Assembly (NCBI GenBank): GCA_963817895.1
Contig: CAWFQB010000009.1
Span: 94,868 to 158,867, forward strand
Reading direction: 5' to 3'
Length of the DNA: 64,000 bases
From: an uncultured Chthonomonadaceae bacterium
Lineage (GTDB): Bacteria; Armatimonadota; Chthonomonadetes; Chthonomonadales; Chthonomonadaceae
The position numbers and the translations under genes are program-made. Of the stretch, positions 33,517 to 44,026 are shown piece after piece (positions within the stretch are counted from its first letter, which is position 1; the number at the start of each line of letters is the position of its first letter). The notes under the pieces were generated by a model. It made no database searches. It had not been told where the DNA came from and saw only the letters and a list, made by a program, of their open reading frames with translations.

Positions 33517-33728
33517 AAATTAAACGATTTACCTGCAAAGAGACAGCAGGCGCGAATATTTTCAGGAGTCAAGCCTGTATACTCATTGAGAATCTCCTGT
33601 TCTGAGGCTCCATGCGCCAGAAGGTTCAAGATGTATTCTACAGTCAGGCGCGTTCCTTTAATGACGGGTTTGCCTGCCATTACCTTTGGGCTGCACACGA
33701 TGCGTTCCAACAATTGATGATCGCTCAT
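33495..33728 (-). CDS. DUF433-family antitoxin-like protein (C-terminus runs into the duplicated segment)
   Basis: RIVCSPKVMAGKPVIKGTRLTVEYIL...EILNEYTGLTPENIRAC. Confidence 0.85.
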   Translation of the reverse strand: MSDHQLLERIVCSPKVMAGKPVIKGTRLTVEYILNLLAHGASEQEILNEYTGLTPENIRACCLFAGKSFNFASHYKL

Positions 33729-33864
33729 ACTCGCCTCCTCCTCTCAGTAATGATGCTGCCAGTATAACACGAGACATTACGACTGTCAATCAAGCGACGA
33801 TACGCAGATGAAAAATGCCCCTTCTTCAAATTGAAAGAGGGGCATTACAACAAGGCGCAGTTCA

Positions 33865-36736
33865 TCAGGGAGTTGGGGTTGCCAAGTCGCCAAAGTAAAA
33901 GTAGAGCGTTCGATAGTAGAGCGCTTTCTCGTAAGCGGCGGCGGGATTGTTGGGTTCGCCCTCCGGGCCGGTGTCGGCGGGTTTGCTGAACTTCGTGCCA
34001 ATCGGCGCGATGCCGTCCAGCAGGGAGATGTCACCGGACGGATACGCGGCTACGGCTGTGCGCGGGTCGCTCGCGTTGCGGGGCGTGAACAGGCGCAGAA
34101 ACAGATTGTCCTCTTGCGCCACAAGCGTAATCAGCCCCTCGGTTGTTTGCAATTGCGCCCAGTGGATGCCAGCGTGATAACCTTTGAATTCAGGATATAC
34201 GAACGGGTCTGAGCCGGTTGCCGTGTCGTTGCAGGCTTTTGTCCAGAACGTTTGTGATGACGCCCCGCATCCGGTTTTTGTACACGCGGTACGGCCCCTG
34301 TCCGAGCCATTTGATGCCCTTGACCTGCTTTTCGGGGTAATCGAAGTTGACGCCCATGAAGTTTTGCGAACCGGAAACGTCGTATCGATACTGCAATTCC
34401 AGCCAGCCATTCCCATCCAGCCGCCACGTCACGCCATTAAGATTGCCGTCATACTTCGCCTCGACCTTGTAGGCGTCGCCGTCGCGTCCGTGTGATAGCG
34501 ATACGAATGTCGCCGTTCCCGACGCCAGTGTGGGGCCGTTGTGGAGGGAAATCGGTTTGCCGCCGTGCTGTACGCCAGTCAAGCGGCCTGTGCTTTTGCT
34601 GATGATAACAGCCGTTCCGTTCGCCGTCATGGTGACGCTATCGGCATCTTCAACAGCAGTAACAGCCATTCCCCCGGACGCGGTTTTCACGATCTGTTTC
34701 CGGTGGTCAGCGGCTTTTTTGATTGTCCATACCCATGTGTACAGTTCGTGGCCGGCAGGGTCATTGGCGGTCAGCGCCAGCGCGTCGGCAGTCTGCCAGT
34801 TGGCGGGCAGGCGCAAATCAAGCATACCCTGCTGCCCCGGCGCGATGTCGGGACTGCTGATGTTGCCCCGCGCCATGATTTGGTTTCCGATTTTACGGTC
34901 GGCGGGCGCGGGATAGTCGAGCAGTTGCCATGCGAAGCGGCACTGACTGGCATTGGTGAAAGCGTAGTGGTTGGCGATGGCGACCTGCCCGGTGAAGTTC
35001 GCTGGAAAAGTACGGTTCAGATTTTCATAGTCCGTCACCTGAATGGGCGACCATATTTCTTTGATCGTGTAGAAACTGCCCTCTTTTTCCCGGTACGGGC
35101 CGACAATGCCGTCCGGGGCCGCGTTGCCCGCCGTATCCAGAAACCCGTTGCGGTCCAGTCGCACAATGGCCTCATCCAGAAACGCCCAGATAAAGCTGCC
35201 TGCCGAAAGCGGCTTGCTCATCATCAGGTTCCAGAAGTCGTTCAGGCCCGCGCCCGCGCCGCCGTCGTACAGGCCATGATTGAATTCCGTCGGCATGAAA
35301 ATGTCTTTGCCGTTGAGCAGGCTTGCCGTTGTCTGATAGTTCTTGTAGTGTCCCGTGTTGATGCTGCTGAACAATCCCCACGGATGCAGGACTTTACGTT
35401 GCTGTATATCGTTTTCGGGGAACAGGTGATCCAGTTCCGTATTCCAGCCGCCCTCGTTGCCATTGTCCCAGAACAGAATCGCGGGGTGATTGACATCGCG
35501 AACAACGGTTTCCACCGCCAGTTTCGACCCTATACCCGTGTCGTATTTCTTCTGCCAGCCGCCAAGCTCATCCAGCACATAGATGCCCAGCGCGTCGGCG
35601 GAATCCAGAAAATCCTGATCGGGCGGATAGTGCGACATCCTGACCGCGTTCATGTTCATCTCTTTCATCAGCGCTATGTCGGCGCGGTTGATGGCGGGGC
35701 TTGTGGTACGCCCCGTATCCGGCCAGAAACTGTGGCGGCACGAGCCTTTCAGGATGATTCTCGCGCCGTTCAGATAGATGCCGTCGCCCGCCCGCACTTC
35801 AATCGTCCGAAAGCCGAACCGCTGCGTGACGCGATGTATTTCGCGCCCCTTTTGCAGCAGTTTGAAAGTGACCTGATACAGGTTGGGGGTTTCGGCAGTC
35901 CACAATTGGGGCCAGTCTGTCTGCGTATGCAGGGTGGTTTTCGCGGTTGCGGCGTAGGCGGTTGGTCCGGCGGGAAAAGGCACAGACACGGGCATTGCGG
36001 CGGCAAGGCTTTGCGTAAACGGTTTGCCGACAGGCTTGCCGTCCAGTGTGGCAATCTGCGCTGACAGCGTATCGGCGGACGATACGCCATTGGTATAAAT
36101 GTCCGCGTCGAATGCGCCATTCGCCTGCGCGTTGATTGCCACGCGGTCTATAGCCTGCATTGGCATGGCTTCCAGATACACGGGGCGATAAATGCCGCCG
36201 AAAATCCAGTAATCCGACAGCCGTTCCGCCCGGTTGACGGACGTATCGGCGGAATCCTTGCTGACGGCCACTTCCAGCAGGTTGGGCTGTCCGTAGTGAA
36301 GAAGTTTGGTAACATCGTACTTGAAACGGTAAAACGCGCCCTGATAAATCGGCCCGACGGATACGCCGTTGATACGCGCGTCCGTGTCGGTCATAGAACC
36401 TTCAAACACGAGGAACGTCCGCCGGTCACGCCACGCGGCGGGGGGCGTAAAGGCGCGTTTGTACTGTCCGCGCTCGTTGGGCGCGGCGTTGTAGCCATAG
36501 GTATATGTGCCGAAGCCCTGCATTTCCCAGTTGGAGGGTACGGGAATGGTCGTCCAGTTACCGCTTTTGCGCCCGCTTGTACACAGAAAATCCCAATTAA
36601 CCGTGTGGTCTTTATCCGTGCCGGACAGGTAAAGTTTCTCGGTAGTGGCGGCGGAAGCCAACGCGCCCCGGTTGGGCGCGATTCCGGTAAAAAGGGCGAG
36701 GCACAGCAACATAAAGGGGAGGCCCATCCGTTTCAT
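33865..36736 (-). CDS. GH2 beta-galactosidase-like hydrolase (frameshifts near the 3-prime end)
   Basis: VPSNWEMQGFG, KGSCRH, MNAVRMSHYP, WDNGNE and PTEF. The C-terminus continues in ORF 33865..34416 (YPEFKGYH). Confidence 0.92.
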
Positions 36737-36778
36737 GGTAGAGATTCAACTCCTTCGAGTTCAACTCACAATTCCAAC

Positions 36779-37762
36779 TCATAACGTTTTGGCGAGAACA
36801 GCGAGCAGCGACTTTTCTCCGGGGGCGTCGTTGTCCAGCGACCAGATCATTACACCGCCCAAATTCTGCGTTTTCACGTACTCGGCTTTGGCGCGTATCG
36901 TGGACAGCCCGTTGTACCAGATCGTCGTTCCCGCCTGATCCCGGTTTTCCGCGCCGGGGTATGTGGTAACGATTTCCGAGTACGCATAGCCATCCTTGCG
37001 AAACGCGCTCCCGAACCCGTACCCGTAGAAGGGGATACCCAACACGGCTTTTGATCTGGGCAGGCCGCGCTTCAGCCAGTAAGCCACGCTGCTTTTCGCG
37101 TATTCCAGTGAGGAGTGCTGCCCCGGCGCGTTGGGATTCCAGTAGCCCGTCGCGTCATACGCCATGATGTTGATCCAGTCGAAGCAGGCAAATACGCTAT
37201 CGGGAACCATGCTGCCGCCATAGCCCTGCGACAGCGCGGACGTCAGCAACTTGCCTTTGGGCTTCAGCGCGCGAGACAACTCCTGAATAAACGCGCCGTA
37301 ATCTTTGTTGATAGCCGGCCCCTCCAGATCCACGTCCAGCCCGTCGAAATGATGCTGTGTCACATACGCGGCCAGTTTCGCCACAAACCCGGCGCGTTTG
37401 GCGTCCGTAAGCAGATCGAAATACCGAGATAGCAGGATTTTATCGCCCGCAACCGCCCCGCCGCCAATGGAAATCAGTATGGGGACATGGTGTTCATGCG
37501 CTTTTGCAATCAGAACATCATCCGTCGCGTGAAAGGACAAATCGCCCCCGGAGTTGCTCGGATTTTCAAAAGCAACGTTGATATGCGTGATGTGGGCGTA
37601 ATCTATGGTGGCGGCAAAAGTCTTTAATTCTCTCCAGTTAGGCGCGTACGCCACTATTTTGCTTTTCATGGGCGCGGCAGGTTTCGCAAATGATGCCGCT
37701 GCCGTAAACAGAAAAACCGCTGCCGCAGCAAGCGTGGGTGAAACATTCAATTGTATTCTCAT
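36779..37762 (-). CDS. GH18 chitinase-like glycoside hydrolase
   Basis: ISIGGG, catalytic FDGLDVDLE, NIMAYD, LGIPFYG and LGGVMIW. Confidence 0.93.
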   Translation of the reverse strand: MRIQLNVSPTLAAAAVFLFTAAASFAKPAAPMKSKIVAYAPNWRELKTFAATIDYAHITHINVAFENPSNSGGDLSFHATDDVLIAKAHEHHVPILISIGGGAVAGDKILLSRYFDLLTDAKRAGFVAKLAAYVTQHHFDGLDVDLEGPAINKDYGAFIQELSRALKPKGKLLTSALSQGYGGSMVPDSVFACFDWINIMAYDATGYWNPNAPGQHSSLEYAKSSVAYWLKRGLPRSKAVLGIPFYGYGFGSAFRKDGYAYSEIVTTYPGAENRDQAGTTIWYNGLSTIRAKAEYVKTQNLGGVMIWSLDNDAPGEKSLLAVLAKTL

Positions 37763-37917
37763 ATTCTGGTACTCCTCAAACAACATTATAACTTGACTGC
37801 TTCATTGTAGCACACGCGCTTGATGGCATTGATGAACAACTTGAAACGCGCCGCGCTTCCAAACCGTAAAGAAGCGGGTGTTCCGGTTGAACAACTACAC
37901 GCTAAAGGTTTTGATGA

Positions 37918-39267
37918 ATGAATAGATTTTTGAAATTCGGCAGGCGGCTTATGCCTCTTCTGCTCTGCATTACGCTGATGGGTTCCGGTTCGGCCTTTGC
38001 GCAACGCGCCGGTTCTTCCCACCTGAATACGGCTATGCGCCACCGCCTGTTCGATCTGGTATGGACGCGAGTTCGGGACAGTTTTTATGACGCGAAGATG
38101 AACGGCGTGAACTGGAACGCGGTTCGCAAACGCTACGAGCCGAAAGCCCTGAAAGCGCCCGACGATGCCGCTTTTTATCTGACGCTCAACCAGATGCTCG
38201 GCGAACTGGGACAATCGCATCTGGGCGTTCAGGGGCCGGAAGAGGCGCGGGACATGCCCTCAAACAAGTCCAAAACAGGAGAGGATAAGCAGGGCGAAAC
38301 CGGAATTACCGCCCTGCTGATTAGCAATCAGGCCGTGATTACCCGTGTGGCCGCTAATTCGTCTGGCGCGGACGCGGGAATCAAGCCCGGACAAATTCTG
38401 ACGGCTGTTGACGACAAGCCGCTACAGCCGCGCTTGAAGCGCATTTTCAGCCGCAAACCTGGATTGCGAGAAGGCGAACAGCGCGTGGCGGTGTGGGCTT
38501 TGGCGCGTGGATTGCTGGCCGGGCCGGTAGGCCAAAAGGTCAAAGTGACGGTCACAAGCGGGGAAGAATCAGCGCCTAAAACGGTCACGGTCACACGCCG
38601 CGCCCCTTCGGGCCAAACCCTGACGTTCGGCGCGCTGCCGCCCATCCCGTCCGAAGTGGAAACTCGAACGCTGGCAAACGGCATCGGCTATATCCGATTT
38701 AACATATTCCTGACGCCCCTCCTCGACCCCATTCGTAAAGCGGTGGGAGATATGGCAGCAGCCAACGCGCCCGCCATTATTCTCGACCTGCGCGAAAATC
38801 CGGGCGGGTTGGGCGGCATGGCTCCCGCCATTGCGGGCATGTTCGTCAGCGGTCCGGCCAATCTCGGCGCGATGAAGATGCGCGCGTCCGAACTCAAATT
38901 CCCCATTTTCCCGCAGCCGCCCCATTTCACCGGGCCGCTGGTGATTTTGACGGACGAAGCCTCCCTCAGCACTTCGGAGATACTCGCGGGCGGGATGCAG
39001 GAGATCAAACGCGCCGTTGTGATAGGCAGGCAGACGGGCGGCATGGCGCTGCCCTCGCTGGTGGAGGAATTGCCCGGTGGCGGCGAGTTTCAGTACATCG
39101 TCGCGGATTTCCATACGCCCAAAGGCTTTCGGATTGAAGGCAAGGGCGTAACCCCGGATATTGCTGTCGCGCTGACGCCCCAACTGTTGCTGGCCCATCC
39201 CGACCCCATTCTGGATGCGGCCCTCGCCTACCTCGCCAACCCGCAGCCAAAAACCGCCGCGAAATAA
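37918..39267 (+). CDS. S41-family peptidase with a PDZ domain
   Basis: Signal peptide, MLGELGQSH, IGYIRFN, IILDLRENPGG, SLSTSEILAG and IEGKGVTPD. Confidence 0.9.
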   Translation: MNRFLKFGRRLMPLLLCITLMGSGSAFAQRAGSSHLNTAMRHRLFDLVWTRVRDSFYDAKMNGVNWNAVRKRYEPKALKAPDDAAFYLTLNQMLGELGQSHLGVQGPEEARDMPSNKSKTGEDKQGETGITALLISNQAVITRVAANSSGADAGIKPGQILTAVDDKPLQPRLKRIFSRKPGLREGEQRVAVWALARGLLAGPVGQKVKVTVTSGEESAPKTVTVTRRAPSGQTLTFGALPPIPSEVETRTLANGIGYIRFNIFLTPLLDPIRKAVGDMAAANAPAIILDLRENPGGLGGMAPAIAGMFVSGPANLGAMKMRASELKFPIFPQPPHFTGPLVILTDEASLSTSEILAGGMQEIKRAVVIGRQTGGMALPSLVEELPGGGEFQYIVADFHTPKGFRIEGKGVTPDIAVALTPQLLLAHPDPILDAALAYLANPQPKTAAK

Positions 39268-39318
39268 CGCTTTGAGGTGAACACAACATCTTTATCCAAA
39301 TTACAAAGGAACCCCTTC

Positions 39319-40122
39319 ATGCAGATACGAAAGACAAACAGAACCGCGTCAACCTCACTCTTCATTATAAGCCTCGGCATCGCCCTGCTTCCCGCCGCGC
39401 TTGCCGTTCACTCCGCGCAGGCGGAACCCGCGCTTCCGACCGCAGACAAAGTATTGAACGACTTCATAGCGGCAAGCGGCGGCAAAGCCGCTTACCTGAA
39501 AATCAACAGCACGGAAATCCACAGCGCGTTTCTGCTGAAAGCGCAGAAGATCACGGCAGACGTTGTAACCAAAGCCAAAGCGCCCGACAAAATCTACGTG
39601 TCGCAGTCCATTGCGGGCTTCGGCAAGGTAGAACAGGGCTATGACGGCAAAATTGGCTGGTCACGCGACCCTCTGCATGGCCTGCGTACCTTGACCGGGA
39701 AAGAACTGGAACAACTGCGAACTCAGGCGCGGTTCAATGCGCCGCTCTACTGGAAAGAACTCTATACCAAATCGCAAATGCTCGGCCTGCGAACCGTGAA
39801 CGGCGCAAAGGCGTATGCCATACGCCTGACCCCGGCCAGCGGACAGCCGAGTACGCAATACTACGATGTGAAAACCAAACTTCTGGTTCGCGTGGATCAG
39901 ATCGCGGAATCGCCGGAGGGCGCGATCCCGACCGAAGCGTACCTTTCCGATTACCGCGTTGTGGACGGCATTAAAGAGCCGTTCAGCGCGCGACAGGTGG
40001 CAGTGGGAACCGGGGAGGCGGCCATTACAACCACTAAAATTCAGAACAATGTGGCTATTGACAACGCTATTTTCGCCAAACCCGCCGACACCGCCGCGCC
40101 CGCGCCAAAATCCGCGAAATAA
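39319..40122 (+). CDS. Exported protein with a LolA-like / outer-membrane lipoprotein-sorting-type fold
   Basis: Signal peptide, FIAASGG, QGYDGKIGW, YYDVKTKLL, SDYRVVDGIKEPF and NVAIDNAIFAKP. Confidence 0.65.
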   Translation: MQIRKTNRTASTSLFIISLGIALLPAALAVHSAQAEPALPTADKVLNDFIAASGGKAAYLKINSTEIHSAFLLKAQKITADVVTKAKAPDKIYVSQSIAGFGKVEQGYDGKIGWSRDPLHGLRTLTGKELEQLRTQARFNAPLYWKELYTKSQMLGLRTVNGAKAYAIRLTPASGQPSTQYYDVKTKLLVRVDQIAESPEGAIPTEAYLSDYRVVDGIKEPFSARQVAVGTGEAAITTTKIQNNVAIDNAIFAKPADTAAPAPKSAK

Positions 40123-40221
40123 CTATTGAAGCCCGCAACGTCAGCCGAACATATATAACTAAAGACGCGGGTCGTTTGCCGCATAATTGGCGCAGTGGAA
40201 TAGAGAGGGAGAAGGTTTGCT

Positions 40222-40959
40222 ATGCTGTTACCCCGTTACTTAGAGCGCGACTCTCGTATCCGGCGACGCAGAATTTTGCCGCCGTGCAGCCTGCTGTTGC
40301 TGTTCGCGCTGCCCTGGTCGTTTCTGGTCAACGGCAAATCCGGTTCGCTGCCGCCCATCGAGCATAACGGCGAACTGTACGTGCCTGTTTCCGCGCTGAA
40401 AGCAGCGGGGGCGCAGGTGAGCGTACAGGGGCATGAGGTTCGCATCCAGTTTCTGCCGTATCAGGGCGGCGCGAACCAGATGGAGGGCGTGGAGGGGCCA
40501 GCCAATACGTGGCTCAACAACGGCGTGTGGCGAACCCGCGTTTTGAAAGTGGAACCAACGGTTGATCCGTTCGACGCGAACAAACCCGGTTATAACGTCA
40601 CGCTGGAATTGCGCAATGCGTCCACGAAATCCGTTTCACCCTTTATAACCGGAGTAGAATACCCGCAGTTATTCGATGCCGGGGAGGTCGCGCTGAAGGT
40701 GGACGAGGGGGCGTGGCAAACGCGCCTTCAGATGAAGGAGATGCTGCAAGGGGGCGGTATCACGGCCACCATTCCGTTTTATTACCCGCACGGCACACCA
40801 TCAGGGGACGTAAAACCCGCCGCAAAACTGGTAGTGCCGATCAATACGGGTTCCGGCCTGCTGCGCGATACGGGCCTGAAATACGCGGTGAAAGCGCCCA
40901 CGTTCCGTATCCGGCTTCAGACAGAAGAAAAAGCCGTTCCAAAAGAACCGACGCCGTAA
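40222..40959 (+). CDS. Hypothetical exported protein (N-terminal frameshift likely)
   Basis: PIEHNGELYVPVSAL resembles a copper-amine-oxidase N-terminal stalk, followed by an Ig-like domain. Confidence 0.6.
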   Translation: MLLPRYLERDSRIRRRRILPPCSLLLLFALPWSFLVNGKSGSLPPIEHNGELYVPVSALKAAGAQVSVQGHEVRIQFLPYQGGANQMEGVEGPANTWLNNGVWRTRVLKVEPTVDPFDANKPGYNVTLELRNASTKSVSPFITGVEYPQLFDAGEVALKVDEGAWQTRLQMKEMLQGGGITATIPFYYPHGTPSGDVKPAAKLVVPINTGSGLLRDTGLKYAVKAPTFRIRLQTEEKAVPKEPTP

Positions 40960-40975
40960 AACATCCGAAATGCCG

Positions 40976-41020
40976 GACAGCGAGAGGAGGGTAAACGATT
41001 GTTGCCCTCCTCTCGCTGTC
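40976..41020. terminator. Hairpin between convergent genes
   Basis: GACAGCGAGAGGAGGGTAA-n7-TTGCCCTCCTCTCGCTGTC. Confidence 0.65.
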
Positions 41021-41131
41021 TGCCTGCTTTACGGAAACATCTGACTTGCAGAAGTTTCCTGAACGGCTGCCGCGCCGCTTTTCAACGCCCGCTATGGACG
41101 TGGCCGCGCTGTTGGCGGCATGAGGTCGCGG

Positions 41132-41893
41132 CTATTTGTCAACGGTTTTCATCTCCACATTGACTTTCATGTTCATTTTCTGCGCCTGGCCGGGTATCGC
41201 CATCGTCATGTTGGAAGTCATGGTCATGTTGTTGAGAGAGCCGTCCGCGAGATTGTAGTAACTGGTTCCGGTTCCGGTCATGGTGGCGGTTCCCGTGCCG
41301 GAGACTTTCATCGCCATTGCCGCGAACTGCTTTCCGCCCACCGTTTTGATGCCCAGGAAGGTGCTGGTCGCCTTCATCTGAATGTTCTGGTTCATCTGCG
41401 CCATGGTTTTGTTGGCGGTGAAGCTCTCCCCTACTTTCAGCGGCTTTGCGGGCAGTGTGCCGCTCATGTTCTCCATGCCCATGCCTGCCGCCGCCCCCTG
41501 CGCCTTCCCCACAACCTGGCCCCGGTCATCAACGGTCATTTGCGTGGTCTGCGGCTTGGACATCGCCTGGCCGTTCATGGTCATCGCGCCAACGTCCGAC
41601 TTCACGGTGGCTTTGTTTCCCTGAACGCTTACAACCGTCATAGAAATCGGGGCTACCATGCTCATCGTCATGGGCTTGGTGGAAGACGGGCCGGCTGCGC
41701 CGGGAGGAAGCGTGGTAGTGGTGGTCATCTGGTAATGCGTGGTTTTGCCTTTGGCGTACTTCACGCGGAACAGGTAGCCATCCCCCACCTTCGTCACCTG
41801 CGCGTTCGCGTTTGCCGTCGCCAGCAGTCCCGCGCCCCCAGCCATCAGACAGGCTATCAGCGGTCGAACTCGTACCCTTGTATTCTGTTTCAT
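41132..41893 (-). CDS. Hypothetical secreted Met/Thr-rich beta-sheet protein
   Basis: RBS GGAG, signal peptide ending ANA, and LPAKPLKVGESF. Confidence 0.75.
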   Translation of the reverse strand: MKQNTRVRVRPLIACLMAGGAGLLATANANAQVTKVGDGYLFRVKYAKGKTTHYQMTTTTTLPPGAAGPSSTKPMTMSMVAPISMTVVSVQGNKATVKSDVGAMTMNGQAMSKPQTTQMTVDDRGQVVGKAQGAAAGMGMENMSGTLPAKPLKVGESFTANKTMAQMNQNIQMKATSTFLGIKTVGGKQFAAMAMKVSGTGTATMTGTGTSYYNLADGSLNNMTMTSNMTMAIPGQAQKMNMKVNVEMKTVDK

Positions 41894-42039
41894 AGGTTCT
41901 CCAAAAGAAATGAAAGCATTGTCGCGCAAAGCGCGGCGGCATTCCTGTGTCCAGTTACCGCGTCGGCTGCGATTATCTCGCCTCAATTGCATCCTCCTCT
42001 ATTTTAACACAGGCGCGGCAAGCCGTCAACCTGTTTAGC

Positions 42040-43282
42040 CAGGGCCGGCGCATCTAAAATAGTTTGACACAGGAAGTTGGAGCCTCAAAGTTGAATGACG
42101 TGCCATTCCCCTTTGAGGAGCCTGCCTAATGTCTACGTCTGCTTTTCCCACCCTTGTGGAGTGCCTGTCAGACTTGCCTGATCCGCGCGTAGAGCGCACC
42201 CGTCTGCACTCGTTGATGGACATCCTTGTAATTGCCATTTGTGCCATCCTCTGTGGAGCCGAAGGCTGGGACGATATGGCTGCCTTCGGCGTTGCGAAAC
42301 GCGACTGGCTGCCAGAACGCCTGGAGTTGCCCAACGGCATTCCCTCCGCCGACACGTTTCGGCGCGTGTTTGCCCGATTGCAACCGAGCGCGCTGCAAAC
42401 CTGCTTTCGGCTATGGACGCAAACCCTGCATCAACTCACCGCAGGCGAAATTATCTCTCTGGACGGCAAAGTGCTGCGGCACAGTTTCGATCTCGCCTGC
42501 GGTCAGAGTGCCATCCACCTGATCAGCGCATGGGCGGGCCGCGCGCGTCTGGTGTTAGGACAAGTCAAAATCGTGGAGAAAACCAACGCAATTCCGATGG
42601 TTCCCGCCTTGCTGCGCCTTCTCGCCATCACGGGCTGCATCGTGACTACGGATGCGATGAGTTGTCAGACCGCTAGGGTGGCGCAGATTGTTCAACAGGA
42701 GGGCGACTATGTAATTGCCGTCAAAGACAACCAGAAGAACCTCCATCACGACATACAAGCCCGCTTCGCTTATGCCGAGGAGAAGCTCTGGCGCGACATG
42801 AACCATAGTTGCCATACCACGAGCGGGCGCGGACATGGGCGCGCAGACATACGGCGTTGTGACCTGCTCACCCTCGACCTTGACGACCTGTGTTGGGGCA
42901 ACGCGCAGCAGGATGGAAAGGCTTACGCAGTCTCGCCCGTATCACCTGCACCCGGCAAGTCGGCGACAAGAGCAGCGAGGAAGCGCGTTACTTCATTAGC
43001 AGCATACCCCACGAGGCAAAGAAAGTTCTCAAAGCCGCGCGGCAGCACTGGGGCATTGAGAACCGCCTGCACTATGTCCTGGATGTCAGCCTTAACGAAG
43101 ACGCCTGCCGCATCCGCACAGAACATGGAGCCGAGAATATGGCTGTTCTGCGCCACATCGCGCTCAACCTGATCCGGCAGGAGAAGACCTGTGAGCGTGG
43201 GATCAAGGCGCGGCAGAAGAAAGCCGGATGGGACAACGCCTATTTAGAGCAAATTCTCCTCAGTTAAGATGCGCCGGCCCTG
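42040..43282 (+). mobile_element. ISAs1-family insertion sequence
   Basis: Perfect 16-bp terminal inverted repeat CAGGGCCGGCGCATCT at 42040 and 43267..43282. No target duplication is visible. Confidence 0.92.
42129..43267 (+). CDS. ISAs1-family transposase (frameshift near 42900)
   Basis: LPDPRVER, NGIPSADTFRRVF, SLDGKVLR, VTTDAM, YVIAVKDNQ and RQHWGIENRLHYVLDV. Confidence 0.95.
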
Positions 43283-43329
43283 CGCGACTGATTCAGTGCA
43301 ATCATAAGGAGAACAAAACGGCATGTTGG

Positions 43330-43917
43330 CTATAATCTTTTCTCAACAGGCCGTATAAGCTGTTCGGACGGCGTTTCACAATGATCTTTAGCGGCCCGGA
43401 GAAGAATTTGTTGTTCTTCAACAGGCTGCTTTGAAGCGCGCAGCAAGTTTTCTGAAATGTCCTGCCGCATCTGCCATGTTCCACTCACGCCTTGAAACTG
43501 TACTTGCTGTCCGCCCGGCAAGATCAAATACACAGGTTCCATATACCATCTTCCACTGTAGCATTCTATCTTTGTCTCCCACCGGCCCTGATAAGAAATG
43601 GCTGGATGCGGGAGTTCTTCGGGCAACGTTTCTTCATAAACATCCGCGAGGTACTCCGATAGAGACTGAGATTTGCCGTCATAATGTGTAGAAAAAACGG
43701 GCATCTGTTTGACAAAATTTATGAACTTGCTCCAACACCGGCCTTCCAACGTTCCCACGCCCGGTACTCCTGCAAGCGGGTCTTCACAAATTGTTCCTTT
43801 GAAGCGTCCGAGATGACACTCCTCAATTTGTACGCTGAAGGCAACTGGTTTTCCCAAAATGAGCGAGCCGGAAGCGTTCGTATAGGCATATTCGCCGCGC
43901 CAACAGCCTTTCCACAT
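43330..43917 (-). CDS. Hypothetical protein with a C-terminal LLRA-type repeat tail
   Basis: RBS AGGAG. 195 aa, with tail NLLRAS...ILLRAA...QLIRP. Confidence 0.65.
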   Translation of the reverse strand: MWKGCWRGEYAYTNASGSLILGKPVAFSVQIEECHLGRFKGTICEDPLAGVPGVGTLEGRCWSKFINFVKQMPVFSTHYDGKSQSLSEYLADVYEETLPEELPHPAISYQGRWETKIECYSGRWYMEPVYLILPGGQQVQFQGVSGTWQMRQDISENLLRASKQPVEEQQILLRAAKDHCETPSEQLIRPVEKRL

Positions 43918-44026
43918 AGCAGTGTTTCTCCTGTAAAGTCAACTTTGTTCGTATAGGAACACTGCCCAATGAAGGATAAATTCATTGGGCAGTGTTGGTG
44001 TAAACAGGAACGGCAAGCAGGCGTAT

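Noticed and set aside
34541..36064. Long antisense ORFs (also 22651..23733, 46748..48088, 29128..30138 and others)
   Set aside because: These are shadow frames of well-supported genes in GC-rich DNA, with no recognisable motifs.
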